Shown: positions 29,348 through 38,759, counted from the first letter of the stretch. The stretch is DNA of 64,000 nt from an uncultured Thermoanaerobaculia bacterium (GCA_964440565.1 CAYTTB010000004.1:33260-97259), one strand, 5' to 3'. Numbers and translations: made by a program. Notes: a model not told the origin generated them from the sequence alone.

Positions 29348-30468
29348 GCGAGGGCATCGGGCTCTACATCCACCTGCCGTTCTGCCCGTCGCGGTGCGGC
29401 TACTGCACGTTCACGGTCACCACCGACCGCCGGCCGTTGCGCCGGTACCTCGGCGCGCTCGCGGCGGAGGCGGCGCTCTCGCTGCCGCCGGCGGGGACCC
29501 CGCTCGCGACCGTGTACCTCGGCGGCGGCACGCCCTCGCAGGTGCCCCCTGTCCACCTCCGCGCCCTCCTCGACAGGCTGCGCGCCCGTCATCCGCTGGT
29601 CGTGGGGGCGGAGGTCACCGCCGAGGCCAACCCGGACGACCTCTCCCCGGCGCTGCTGGACGCATGGGCCGCGGCCGGGGTGAACCGGGTCTCCCTCGGG
29701 GTGCAGTCGTTCGTGGACCCCGAGCTGGCCGCCCTCGACCGGCGTCACGACGCCGCCGCCGCGCGCCGGGCCGCGGCCATGGCGCTGGCCCACGGCGCCT
29801 TCCGCGTCAACCTCGACCTCATGATCGGCATCCCCGGCCAGACGCCGGACAGCCTCGCCCGCTCGCTGGAGGAGCTCCTCGCGCTCGCGCCGCACCACGT
29901 CTCGGTGTACCTCCTCGAGACGGACAAGCCACACCGGCTCGCGCGCCTGCGCGCCCGTCACCCGGAGCGGTTTCCGGACGAGGAGGCGGCCGCCGCCGCC
30001 TACCTCGCCGTCCACCGGAGCCTCGCGGCGGCGGGGTACGAGCACTACGAGGTCTCCAACTTCGCCCGCCCCGGCTGCCGCTCCGCTCACAACCTCCGTT
30101 ACTGGCGGCGGGAGGCGGTGCACGCCCTGGGGGTCGCGGCGCACGGCCAGGAGGGCGACCGCCGGTGGGCCAACCTGGACACGCTGGACGGCTACCTCGG
30201 GGCGGTGGAACGGGGCGAGCGTCCGCTCGCGTGGGAGCAGCGGCTCGGGCGGGCGGAGCGCGAGGCGGAGGAGGCGCTTCTCGGCCTGAGGCTCGCCGAC
30301 GGGATCCCGGAGGCTCTCGCTCACCGGCTGGCCGCGGCGCGGCCCGGCTTCGCGGAGCGGCTCGAGAGCTTCCTGGAGCTCGGCCTCGCGGAGCGTGCCG
30401 CCGGCCGCCTGCGCCTCACCCCGCGAGGCTGGCTCCTCTCCAACGAGCTCCTCGCCGAGCTCGTGTGA
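29344..30468 (+). CDS. hemW: radical SAM family heme chaperone HemW / oxygen-independent coproporphyrinogen oxidase-like
   Basis: GTG 29344 (GTGA overlap). LYIHLPFCPSRCGYCTF, YLGGGTPS, NRVSLGVQSF, HYEVSNFARPG. Confidence 0.85.
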   Translation: MSEGIGLYIHLPFCPSRCGYCTFTVTTDRRPLRRYLGALAAEAALSLPPAGTPLATVYLGGGTPSQVPPVHLRALLDRLRARHPLVVGAEVTAEANPDDLSPALLDAWAAAGVNRVSLGVQSFVDPELAALDRRHDAAAARRAAAMALAHGAFRVNLDLMIGIPGQTPDSLARSLEELLALAPHHVSVYLLETDKPHRLARLRARHPERFPDEEAAAAAYLAVHRSLAAAGYEHYEVSNFARPGCRSAHNLRYWRREAVHALGVAAHGQEGDRRWANLDTLDGYLGAVERGERPLAWEQRLGRAEREAEEALLGLRLADGIPEALAHRLAAARPGFAERLESFLELGLAERAAGRLRLTPRGWLLSNELLAELV

Positions 30469-30730
30469 CGGGCGGATCCCGGGGCGCGTCCCCCGGCGGC
30501 CGCGGAGGCCCGGAGCGGGCTCGCGGGTGCAGCACGGGTGCGAGCGCGGTTCCGCCGGAGATCGGTGTCCCCGGCTCGGCGCCCCGCCGCCGCGGCCGCG
30601 GCGGCTCGGCGCGGGGACCGGGACGAGGCACGCGTCGCCCGGCGCTCCAGGGAGCACGGAGCCGAGATGCCATCGCGAGCTGGAGAACCCCGGGCGCGGG
30701 TACACTGGACGGGCGGACCGGGAGGTGACC

Positions 30731-31243
30731 ATGCGACGCACCGTGATCCTGCTCGTGGCCCTCGCGACGGCGGCACCGGGGTTCGCCGGCTCCCCCGATG
30801 CCGACGCCATCGTGGGCCTGTGGCGCACCGCACCCGATCCGAAGGACGGTGCCGCCATCGTCGAGATCGTCCGTGACGGCGAGACCTTCGCGGGGCGCAT
30901 CGTCTGGCTCGAGAAGCCGCTCTACGGGCCCGACGAGGACCGTCCCGGCCAGCCGAAGGTGGACCTGAGGAACCCCGATCCGTCCCTGCGCGAGCGGCCG
31001 GTGCTCGGTCTCGAGCTGCTTCGGGGCTTCCGGTTCGACGGCCGCAAGTGGAAGGGGGGCACGATCTACGACCCGGCCAGCGGCACGACCTACCGGTGCG
31101 TGATGAAGCTGCTCGGCGCGGACCGCCTCAAGGTCCGCGGCTACGTGGGCATCTCCCTCCTGGGCCGCACCGAGGTCTGGACCCGGGTGCGCGAGATCCC
31201 GCGGGACGAGGGCGCCGCGCTGCCCCCCCGCGCCGGCGGGTGA
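30731..31243 (+). CDS. DUF2147-domain periplasmic protein
   Basis: GGAGG RBS. Signal peptide. IVGLWRT......AIVEI...G..F.GRIVWL...........D..NPD...R.RP..GL.....F......W.GG.IYDP..G.TY.C...L.....LKVRGY.G....GRT..W. Confidence 0.8.
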   Translation: MRRTVILLVALATAAPGFAGSPDADAIVGLWRTAPDPKDGAAIVEIVRDGETFAGRIVWLEKPLYGPDEDRPGQPKVDLRNPDPSLRERPVLGLELLRGFRFDGRKWKGGTIYDPASGTTYRCVMKLLGADRLKVRGYVGISLLGRTEVWTRVREIPRDEGAALPPRAGG

Positions 31244-31280
31244 GCGCCCGGGCGTTGCCCGGCCCTGCTACCATCCCGGG

Positions 31281-32444
31281 GTGCCCCAGAGGCTGCGCCC
31301 GCGCTGGATCGCCCGCCCCGGGGAGGTCGCCGAGGTGGCGGCCCGCGCCCGCGAGGCGGGCTCGCTCGCCCTCGACACCGAGGCGGACTCGCTCCACTCG
31401 TACTTCCACAAGGTGTGCCTGATCCAGGCGACGGTGGGTGACCTGCACGCGCTCCTCGATCCCCTCGCCCTGGACAGGGCGGCGCTCGCCCCGCTGCTCG
31501 AGGTGCTGGCGGACCCCGGGGTGCGGGTGCTGATGCACGGCGCCGACTACGACCTCAGGGTCCTGGACCGCGACCTCGGGGCGAGGGTCGCCGGGCTCCA
31601 GGACACCCAGGTGATGGCGCAGCTGCTCGGCGAGCCCAGGACCGGGCTCGCGGCGCTGCTCGAGCGCGAGCTGGGGGTCCGGCTCGACAAGCGCCACCAG
31701 CTCGCGAACTGGGGCCGGCGGCCGCTGCCCCGCGAGCTCCTCACCTACGCCGCCGCCGACACGGCGTTCCTGCCCGAGCTCGCCGCCCGCCTTCGCGCCC
31801 GCCTGGAGCGGCTCGGCCGATGGTCGTGGGCCGAGGAGGAGTTCCGCCGGCTCGAGCGGGTCCGTCACGTGCCGCCGGAGCCCGACCCCCTCTCCTTCGA
31901 GCGGGTCAAGGGGGCACGGAGACTCCGGGGCGCCGCCCGGGACCGCCTCGCCGCGCTCCACGCGTGGCGGGACCGCGCGGCCCGCGAGCTGGACGAGCCG
32001 CCGTTCCGCGTTCTCGGCAACGCGGCGCTGCTCGATCTGGCGCAGGACCCCCCGGGCGACGCGCGGGAGCTCAAGAGCCGGCGTGGCGTCTCGAGACGGG
32101 TGGCCCGCAGGTGGGGAAGCGACCTCCTCCGCCTCCTCGCGGACCCGCCGCCCGCGCCCGCGCGCCCGCGTCGGCGCCACGGTGGCGACCGCCACCTCGA
32201 AGCTCCCGCGAGGGGACGCCTCGAGCGCCTCCGGGCCGCGCGTGACCGGGTCGCGAACGAGCTCGGGATCGAGCCCGGGGTGCTCTGCCCGAAGGCCACG
32301 CTCGTCTCCGTGGCGACGGCCGAGCCCGTGCCGCGCAGCGAGGAGGAGCTCGCGGCGGCCGGCCTCACCGGGTGGCGCCTGGAGGTGCTGTCGGCGGCCG
32401 TGCTGGCGGCACTCGGGATGGAGGCCGGCACCCGCGCCCCCTGA
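31281..32444 (+). CDS. rnd: ribonuclease D (DEDDy 3'-5' exonuclease + HRDC)
   Basis: LALDTEADSLHSYFHKVCLIQA, MHGADYDLRVL, YAAADTAFL, then an HRDC-like region RDRVANELGIEPGVLCPKATL. Confidence 0.85.
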   Translation: MPQRLRPRWIARPGEVAEVAARAREAGSLALDTEADSLHSYFHKVCLIQATVGDLHALLDPLALDRAALAPLLEVLADPGVRVLMHGADYDLRVLDRDLGARVAGLQDTQVMAQLLGEPRTGLAALLERELGVRLDKRHQLANWGRRPLPRELLTYAAADTAFLPELAARLRARLERLGRWSWAEEEFRRLERVRHVPPEPDPLSFERVKGARRLRGAARDRLAALHAWRDRAARELDEPPFRVLGNAALLDLAQDPPGDARELKSRRGVSRRVARRWGSDLLRLLADPPPAPARPRRRHGGDRHLEAPARGRLERLRAARDRVANELGIEPGVLCPKATLVSVATAEPVPRSEEELAAAGLTGWRLEVLSAAVLAALGMEAGTRAP

Positions 32445-32471
32445 GCGGTCCGGCGGTATACTGCGGCCACC

Positions 32472-34364
32472 GTGCGCAGAGCCCACCCCACGAACCGGAC
32501 CGCGGCGGCGCTCCTCGCGCTGCTTCTCGCCGGCGCCGGGTGGATCGCGGGGGCGGACCGGCCCGCCGACGCCGGCGATCCCGCGGCGCTGGTGGAGGCC
32601 GCGGAGGACACCTCGCGCCCCGCCGAGGAACGGGCCGAGCTCGCCCGGGCCGCCCGGCGCCTGGCCGGATCCTCGGGCGATCCGTCCCTCCGGGCGGCGG
32701 CCCTGCTCGCGCTGGGACGGGCGGAGCTCGACCTCGGCCGGTACCGCGAGGCCCTGGACGCGCTCCACCGGGCGGAGCGCCTGCTCCGCGCCGCCGGCGA
32801 CCGCTGGAACCACGTCCGGTGCCTGCGCCGCATCGGCGACGTCCAGTTCCGTCTGGGGAGCCACCAGCTGGCCCTGCGGACCTACCTCGAGGCGATGCGC
32901 CTGCTCGAGCCCCTCGCGGGGCCCGACGCGCCCCGGAAGCGGCGCCTCGCCCTCGGGCACCTCGCGGTGATGCTCGGCAACGTGCTGCGCGCGGTGGGCG
33001 ACCGGGAACAGGCCGCGCGCGACTACCGCCGGGGCGCCGAGATCTACGCCCGGGAGGGGTACGACCTCGGCCTGGCGGGCGTCCTCCTCAACCTCGGCAA
33101 CCTGGACGAGGAGCGGGGGGACCGGGAACGGGCGCTGCGGCGGTACGCCAGGGCGCTCCAGATCGCGAGACGGATCGGTGACCGTGGCCTCGAGCGGATG
33201 GCGCTCACCAACCACGCGGCCACCCTGGTCACCCTCGGCCGGCTCGACGGGGCCGGGGACGAGCTCGCCGCCGCGGTGGCGCTCGCGAAGGAGCTCGGGG
33301 ACCGACGTGGCCTCATGCACGCGAGGCGGACGGTGGGCGACCTGCGCCGGGCGCAGGGACGCGTCGGCGAGGCCGTCGCCGCCTACCGTGAGGCGCTGTC
33401 GCTCGCCGGGCGGCTGCACGACGTGCAGCTCGAGATGGAGCTCCACGGCACGCTGGCGGACCTCCTGCTCGACCTGGGCCGCCGCCGGGAGGCCGTGCGC
33501 CACCTCCTCGCCGAGCGGCGCCTCCGACGCGAGCGCGCCGCCTCCGAGACGGCGGCCGCCGTGGCGCGGCTGCGGCTCGCGTACGAGGCCGAGCGGCGCG
33601 AGGAGGAGCTCGCCCTCGCCGAGCTCGAGGCCCGCCAGCAGCGGACGCGGACGCGCCTGCTCGCGCTCGCGCTCGCCCTGGCCGTGGGTCTGCTCGGCGT
33701 CACGGGCTGGGGGCTGTGGACCCGCAGCCGCCTCGCCGAGGAGGTCGCGGCCCGGCACCGCGCGCTCGCCGAGGCGTACCGCCGGCTGGAGGAGGTGTCC
33801 CGCACCGACGATCTCACGGGGCTGCCGAACCGGCGGGCCGGGCTGGAACGGCTCCGGGAGGAGCTGGCACGGGCGGCGCGGGCCGGGACACCGTGCGCCG
33901 TGGCGCTCCTCGACCTGGACGGGTTCAAGGCGGTCAACGACACCCTCGGCCACGCCGCCGGGGACGCCGTTCTGGCCGAGACCGCGCGGCGGGGCGCGGC
34001 CTCGCTCCGCGCCGGTGACCTGCTGGCCCGGTGGGGCGGCGACGAGCTGATGGCGATCCTGCCCGGTGCCGGCCCACGGGAGGCGCGCGAGGCGCTGGAG
34101 CGTCTCCTCGACGCCGTCGCCGGCCGTCCCGTGCGCTGGGAGGACCACGAGCTGGCCGTCTCCCTCTCGGCCGGGATGGTCACCTTCCAGGGGAACGGGC
34201 CCGATCTCGAGCGGCTTCTCGCCGAGGCCGACCGCGCCCTCTACCGCGCCAAGCGGGCCGGCGGCGGGCGGATCGAGATCGCCGGCGGCGAGTCGCCCGA
34301 CCGGACGGCGCCGCCGCGCGGCGGCGGGGGCCACGCCGCGGGCACGGGTACCATGGAACCGTGA
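32472..34364 (+). CDS. TPR-repeat / TM / GGDEF diguanylate cyclase (GGDEL variant, RxxD I-site present)
   Basis: TPR units through the N-terminal 350 aa and one TM (LLALALALAVGLLGVTGWGLW). DDLTGLPNRR, LDLDGFKAVND, RAGDLLARWGGDELMAIL. Confidence 0.85.
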   Translation: MRRAHPTNRTAAALLALLLAGAGWIAGADRPADAGDPAALVEAAEDTSRPAEERAELARAARRLAGSSGDPSLRAAALLALGRAELDLGRYREALDALHRAERLLRAAGDRWNHVRCLRRIGDVQFRLGSHQLALRTYLEAMRLLEPLAGPDAPRKRRLALGHLAVMLGNVLRAVGDREQAARDYRRGAEIYAREGYDLGLAGVLLNLGNLDEERGDRERALRRYARALQIARRIGDRGLERMALTNHAATLVTLGRLDGAGDELAAAVALAKELGDRRGLMHARRTVGDLRRAQGRVGEAVAAYREALSLAGRLHDVQLEMELHGTLADLLLDLGRRREAVRHLLAERRLRRERAASETAAAVARLRLAYEAERREEELALAELEARQQRTRTRLLALALALAVGLLGVTGWGLWTRSRLAEEVAARHRALAEAYRRLEEVSRTDDLTGLPNRRAGLERLREELARAARAGTPCAVALLDLDGFKAVNDTLGHAAGDAVLAETARRGAASLRAGDLLARWGGDELMAILPGAGPREAREALERLLDAVAGRPVRWEDHELAVSLSAGMVTFQGNGPDLERLLAEADRALYRAKRAGGGRIEIAGGESPDRTAPPRGGGGHAAGTGTMEP

Positions 34365-35152
34365 GCCGGTTCCGGGCGGTGCTGCTGGACGTGGACGGCA
34401 CCCTCCTCGAGGGCGGGAGGCCGGTCCCGGGGGCCGACCGTGCGGTGGCGTTCCTGCGTCGGGAGGGGATCCCCTTCCGTCTCGCCACCAACACCACCAG
34501 GATGCCGCGCCGCCTTCTCGCCCGCCGCCTCGCCGGGTGCGGGATCGAGGTCCGGGCGGAGGAGATCCTCTCCGCCCCGCGCGCCGCGGCCTGGTGGCTG
34601 GCCGCCCGGGGCAGGCGCCGGGTGCTGCCGCTGCTGCCCGAGGCCACCCTCGAGGACCTCGAGGGGCTCGAGGTCGTCGAGGCGGAGGCCGAGGCCGTGC
34701 TCGTGGGCGACCTCGGCGCGGCCTGGACGTTCGAGGTCCTCCAGCGCGCCTTCCGCGAGCTGCTCGAGGGGGCCGAGCTCGTCGCCGTGCAACGCAACCG
34801 GTGGTGGGACCCCGGCGACGGGCCCGTCCTGGACGCGGGCCCCTTCGTGGCGGCGCTCGAGTACGCCGCCGGGGCGTCGGCGACCCTGGTGGGCAAGCCC
34901 AGCCCTCCGTTCTTCCGCGCCGCCGCCGAGCGGCTCGGGGTGGAACCGGGGGAGATCCTCGTGGTGGGCGACTCCCCGGAGAACGACGTGGCGGGCGCGG
35001 TGGCGGCCGGGCTCCGGACCGCCCTGGTCCGCACCGGCCGCGGCCGGGCGGCCGATCCCGCACGGCTCGACCCGCGGCCGGAGCTCGTCCTGGACAGCGT
35101 CGCGGACCTCCCCACGGCGCTCGGCCTCGCGCCCCCCGCCGGAATCCGCTAG
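34361..35152 (+). CDS. HAD-IIA family hydrolase
   Basis: GTG 34361 (GTGA overlap). VLLDVDGTLL...ATNTT...GKP.P.FF...VVGDSPENDVAGA. Confidence 0.8.
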   Translation: MSRFRAVLLDVDGTLLEGGRPVPGADRAVAFLRREGIPFRLATNTTRMPRRLLARRLAGCGIEVRAEEILSAPRAAAWWLAARGRRRVLPLLPEATLEDLEGLEVVEAEAEAVLVGDLGAAWTFEVLQRAFRELLEGAELVAVQRNRWWDPGDGPVLDAGPFVAALEYAAGASATLVGKPSPPFFRAAAERLGVEPGEILVVGDSPENDVAGAVAAGLRTALVRTGRGRAADPARLDPRPELVLDSVADLPTALGLAPPAGIR

Positions 35153-35164
35153 GCTGACGGCGGG

Positions 35165-36109
35165 TTGAGCAGGACGATGCGGCCGATCCTCGACATCCGC
35201 AGCGCGAAGGTGGCGGTGGAGCTCACCAGCCGCTGCAACATGCGCTGTCCCATGTGCCCGATGGAGAACCTCCGCCGGCCGGAGACGGACATGCCGTGGG
35301 AGCTGGTGGAGCGCGTGGCGGCACAGTTCGCCGAGCACGGGATCCGGGTGCGCTGGCTGCACGAGATGGGGGAGCCGCTGCTCTACCCGCGCCTCGCGGA
35401 CGCGATCGAGCTGTTCCCGGGGTGCTCCGTCTCCACCAACGCCATGCTCCTCGACGAGGAGCGTGGCCGCGAGCTCCTCGCCACCTCGCTCCGGCGGATC
35501 CGGCTGTGCCTCGACACCGTCAACCCCGGGCTCTACCCGCGGATCCGCCGCGGCGGGGTGTGGGAGCGCACCGTCGCCAACATCCGGGGGTTCCTGGAGC
35601 TGTCCCGCGGCCACGAGATCCGGGTCGAGATCCAGCGGATGGTGACGCTCAGGACCTTCCACGAGACGGTGGAGGACTTCCGGCGGCTGTTCGACCTCGA
35701 CCGCTATCCCCAGGCGGTGGTGATCGAGAAGACCTGCGAGGGGCTGGACACCTCCGACGCCACCGACCTCCACGAGGCCTACTACGGGTGCTTCCAGGGG
35801 TACCCGTTCCGCTGGTTCGTGGTCCTGGCGGACGGCCGCGTCACGCACTGTTGCTACGACGCCCACGGCGAGCAGACCATCGGCGATCTCACCACCCAGA
35901 CGGTGGAGGAGATCCTGGCCTCCCCCGTCCTCGAGCGGTACATGCGCGCGTTCCGGGCCAGGGACTGGGAGACGCTGCCGCGGTGCGGGGAGTGCTTCCG
36001 GAACCCTTCCGGTCGGGCGGTGGCGATGGACCGGCTGGTGCGCCTCGGGCGCCGTCTCGAGCGGGTGCTCCCGGTGACACACGTGGCCCGCAGGCTCATC
36101 AACCGCTGA
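35165..36109 (+). CDS. radical SAM protein with SPASM/twitch-like C-terminal Cys cluster
   Basis: VELTSRCNMRCPMCP (CxxxCxxC), HEMGEPLLYP, C-terminal HCCYDAHGEQTIGDL...LPRCGECF. Start is TTG 35165 or ATG 35177. Confidence 0.8.
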   Translation: MSRTMRPILDIRSAKVAVELTSRCNMRCPMCPMENLRRPETDMPWELVERVAAQFAEHGIRVRWLHEMGEPLLYPRLADAIELFPGCSVSTNAMLLDEERGRELLATSLRRIRLCLDTVNPGLYPRIRRGGVWERTVANIRGFLELSRGHEIRVEIQRMVTLRTFHETVEDFRRLFDLDRYPQAVVIEKTCEGLDTSDATDLHEAYYGCFQGYPFRWFVVLADGRVTHCCYDAHGEQTIGDLTTQTVEEILASPVLERYMRAFRARDWETLPRCGECFRNPSGRAVAMDRLVRLGRRLERVLPVTHVARRLINR

Positions 36110-36119
36110 GGGGGACGAC

Positions 36120-36911
36120 GTGGGGCGCGCCGAGTGGGGTGCCGACCCGGAGTTCTTCGGGCCGCGCCACGCCTTCCGCGAGCGGCTGATCCTCGCCGCG
36201 CTCGGGAACGTCCCCTCCCGCGGCCCCCACCTCGAGTGCGCCGCCGGCGTGGGCTCGCTCTCCCTCGAGCTGGCCCGGCGCGGCGGCCGGGTGGTGGCCG
36301 CGGACCGCTCCCTGCGTTCCCTCGCGGTCCTGCGAGCCCGGGCCCGCGCCGCCCGGCTTGGCGAGCGCGTCATGCCGGTGGTGGCGGACATCACCGCGCT
36401 GCCGTTCCGCGGGGGGGCCTTCGCCTCCGCCACCTCCGCCGAGACGCTGGAGCACATCCCCGACGACGTCCGGGCGGCCGCGGAGCTCGCCCGCGTGCTG
36501 CGGCCAGGCGGGACCCTCGCCGGCACCGTGCCGGCCGACCCCGGCCAGTGGTCGGCGTGGGACGACTGGGCCGGGCACCTCAGGCGCTACACGCGGCGCG
36601 GCCTGGAGCGTCTCCTCGCCGGCGCCGGGCTCGCGCCCCGGGTCCGCACCTGGGGCTGGCCCCTCGTGCGCCTCTACGACGCGCTCTTCCTGCGGCGGGT
36701 GAACCGGCGCCGCCTCGAGAGCGATCTACCGGTGGAGCGCGACCCGAGGCTGTCCGCGGTCCAGCGCCTGGGCCGTGCGCGGTGGCTGGTGCGCGCCGTC
36801 AGTGCGGCGTTCTCGCTCGACCGGCTGGCGCTCGGCGCGCCGTGGGGCGTGGGCCTGCTGTTCGTGGCCACCAGGGAGGGGGCGCCGCGGGAACCGGCCA
36901 GCGGGCGGTGA
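36120..36911 (+). CDS. class I SAM-dependent methyltransferase
   Basis: LECAAGVGSLSLELARRGGRVVAADRS (motif I), AETLEHIPDD, LRPGGTLAGTVP. Confidence 0.8.
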   Translation: MGRAEWGADPEFFGPRHAFRERLILAALGNVPSRGPHLECAAGVGSLSLELARRGGRVVAADRSLRSLAVLRARARAARLGERVMPVVADITALPFRGGAFASATSAETLEHIPDDVRAAAELARVLRPGGTLAGTVPADPGQWSAWDDWAGHLRRYTRRGLERLLAGAGLAPRVRTWGWPLVRLYDALFLRRVNRRRLESDLPVERDPRLSAVQRLGRARWLVRAVSAAFSLDRLALGAPWGVGLLFVATREGAPREPASGR

Positions 36912-38406
36912 GCGACCGCCCCCAGGCGTCGGTGAGGACCAGCCTGAGCTCGTACCCCCGGGAGGGATCCGCCCCGCCCCAGGAGCCGAGCTCGCCCCCC
37001 TCCACTGGCTCCGCCCCCTCGCCCAGGACGGCCCCCACCCTCGCCCCCGTCGGCACCGCCTCGAGGCGCCAGCGCCCACCGGAGGCCGGCGACCCGGGGG
37101 CTCCGTACAGCCCCGCCCAGCCGAGCAGCGTCACGCGCTGGCCCGGTCCCGGAGGGACCGCCGGTGGCGGGGCCAGGGCGGCGAGGCCGATCACGCCCTG
37201 GCCGAGCGCCTCGATCCGCGAGCCGACCTCGCTCTGGGCGATCAGTATCCGCGCCCGGTCGTAGGCTCCGAACCGGGTCCAGAGCCCCTCCGGGTCCTGC
37301 GGGTACGGAAGGGCCCGGCTCGCCTCGAGCACCAGCGTGCCGTCGCCGGTGGCCTGCACGTCGCAGGTGAAGGTGGACCCGCGCACCGCCGCCCACCCCC
37401 CGTCCTGGACCCCGAAGTACCCCCCCGACCCGTCCACGGTGGTGTCGGCCATGTCCAGCCGCGCACGCTCCATGACGATGACCTCGCCGAGCAGGCAGTC
37501 CCGCACCCGGACCCGGGCGTCGGCCTGCGGGTACAGGTTCCAGGTGTCGATGGTGGCGTTCTCCAGCACCAGCCGGCGGTCGGGGAGCGCCAGCTCCCGG
37601 TGAGCCACGGTCTCGCCGTCGCGGAGGCCCTCGATCTCGGTCGAGGTGGGCAGGTGCAGCCCCACCACCATCCACTGCTCGGGCGGGATGTCGCGCAGCG
37701 TCAGGTCGCTGCCCGCGCGGACCAGGAGCGGCCACAGCGTGACCTGGCAGCGGCGCATCTCGATCCGCTCGGGAATCCCCTCGGACCCCGGTGGCGGGAA
37801 GCTCCACCGCTCCACGAACCCGGGCAGCGGCGGGCTGTACACCGCGCGGCTCCCCGCGGGAAACTCCGGCCACACCCACAGCTCGCCCTCGCCACCCTCG
37901 CGCGGGATGTCCTCGAGCACCATCGTGGCGGCGTCCTGGACGATGCACTCGAACTGGCCGGAAAGCCGCCGCGCCTCGAGCCGTGAGGTGTCCATGGCCA
38001 GGAGCTGGGCGAAGCCGAACCCCGTGTCCTCGACGGTGAGGACGCCATCACCGCCCGCGATGAGCGCGTGCTGGACCCCGGAGGGGACGCGGTAGTCGCA
38101 GCGGCGCACCTCGACCGTGCCCCCGTACCAGGCCACCAGCGAGTACTGACCGTGGTACCGGCTCTCGAACTCGATCACCGAGTCCTCGAGCACGATCCGT
38201 CCGCCGGAGAGGGCGTAGACGCTTCCGGAGAACCGGACCCCCGGCTCGCCGACGCCCACGACCCTGAGCTCGCCGTCGCCGATCACCATCACCTCGCCGA
38301 GGTCGGTCGGCTCGGTGATGGTGAGGGGCCCGGTGACCACCAGCGGCTCCTGTGCGGCGGCCACGGCGGCGCAGGCGAGCACGGCGGCAAGCGCGGCGCG
38401 GGTCAC
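36799..38406 (-). CDS. secreted hypothetical protein, beta-helix-like repetitive fold suspected
   Basis: GTG 38406 after GGGAGAA. Signal peptide VTRAALAAVLACAAVAAAQEP. Recurring short beta-strand/turn pattern (VLEDS.IEF, VLTVEDTGF, LVLENATID). No named family recognised. The 3' end overlaps the convergent methyltransferase gene by 113 nt. Confidence 0.5.
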   Translation of the reverse strand: MTRAALAAVLACAAVAAAQEPLVVTGPLTITEPTDLGEVMVIGDGELRVVGVGEPGVRFSGSVYALSGGRIVLEDSVIEFESRYHGQYSLVAWYGGTVEVRRCDYRVPSGVQHALIAGGDGVLTVEDTGFGFAQLLAMDTSRLEARRLSGQFECIVQDAATMVLEDIPREGGEGELWVWPEFPAGSRAVYSPPLPGFVERWSFPPPGSEGIPERIEMRRCQVTLWPLLVRAGSDLTLRDIPPEQWMVVGLHLPTSTEIEGLRDGETVAHRELALPDRRLVLENATIDTWNLYPQADARVRVRDCLLGEVIVMERARLDMADTTVDGSGGYFGVQDGGWAAVRGSTFTCDVQATGDGTLVLEASRALPYPQDPEGLWTRFGAYDRARILIAQSEVGSRIEALGQGVIGLAALAPPPAVPPGPGQRVTLLGWAGLYGAPGSPASGGRWRLEAVPTGARVGAVLGEGAEPVEGGELGSWGGADPSRGYELRLVLTDAWGRSLTARWPVPAAPPPWWPRTAGPRPTARRAPAGRARTPH

Positions 38407-38676
38407 GCTCCCATTCTCCCGCCGCCCGGGGCGCGGCGCAAACGGGCCCCGGTCCGCACCGGGCCCGAGGCTCCGGCGCCCGCGTCCGGGGATCGTCTCC
38501 CCGCGGCGGGGAGGGCCCGCCCGCCGCGCGCGCCGGGCCGCCCGACCTCCGGCGAGCAGGGAGCCGCCCGCCGCGCGGGCGGGAGGCGCCGCGGCGCTCG
38601 CCGCGAGCGGAGGAAGCCCCCTCCCGCCGCGCCCGGCCTCGCCCGCTCGGGTACGGCGTGCCCCCCGATCGTCCCG

Positions 38677-38759
38677 CGAAGACTGTCCCCATCTCGGCGC
38701 CCGGCGAAGACTGTCCCCATCTCGGCGATCGTCCGACGAAGACTGTCCCCATCTCGGCG
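38677..38759 (+). repeat. three identical tandem copies of the 23-nt motif CGAAGACTGTCCCCATCTCGGCG (38677-38699, 38705-38727, 38737-38759); degenerate 4th copy near 38770
   Basis: Counted base by base. Offsets are 28 and 32 nt. Lies in the 500-nt intergenic region upstream of the DoxX gene. Confidence 0.9.

Noticed and set aside
31128-35063. 1311-aa minus-strand ORF spanning the rnd, GGDEF and HAD genes
   Set aside because: The translation is almost pure Arg/Pro/Gly/Ala low complexity. It is antisense to three plus-strand genes with clear family motifs. This is the typical open antisense frame of a very GC-rich genome.
38677-38759. Possible CRISPR array (regularly spaced identical repeats)
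   Set aside because: The repeats are 23 nt with only 5-9 nt between them. There are just three copies, no cas genes, and the same core recurs in other arrangements at other loci. It does not have CRISPR geometry.
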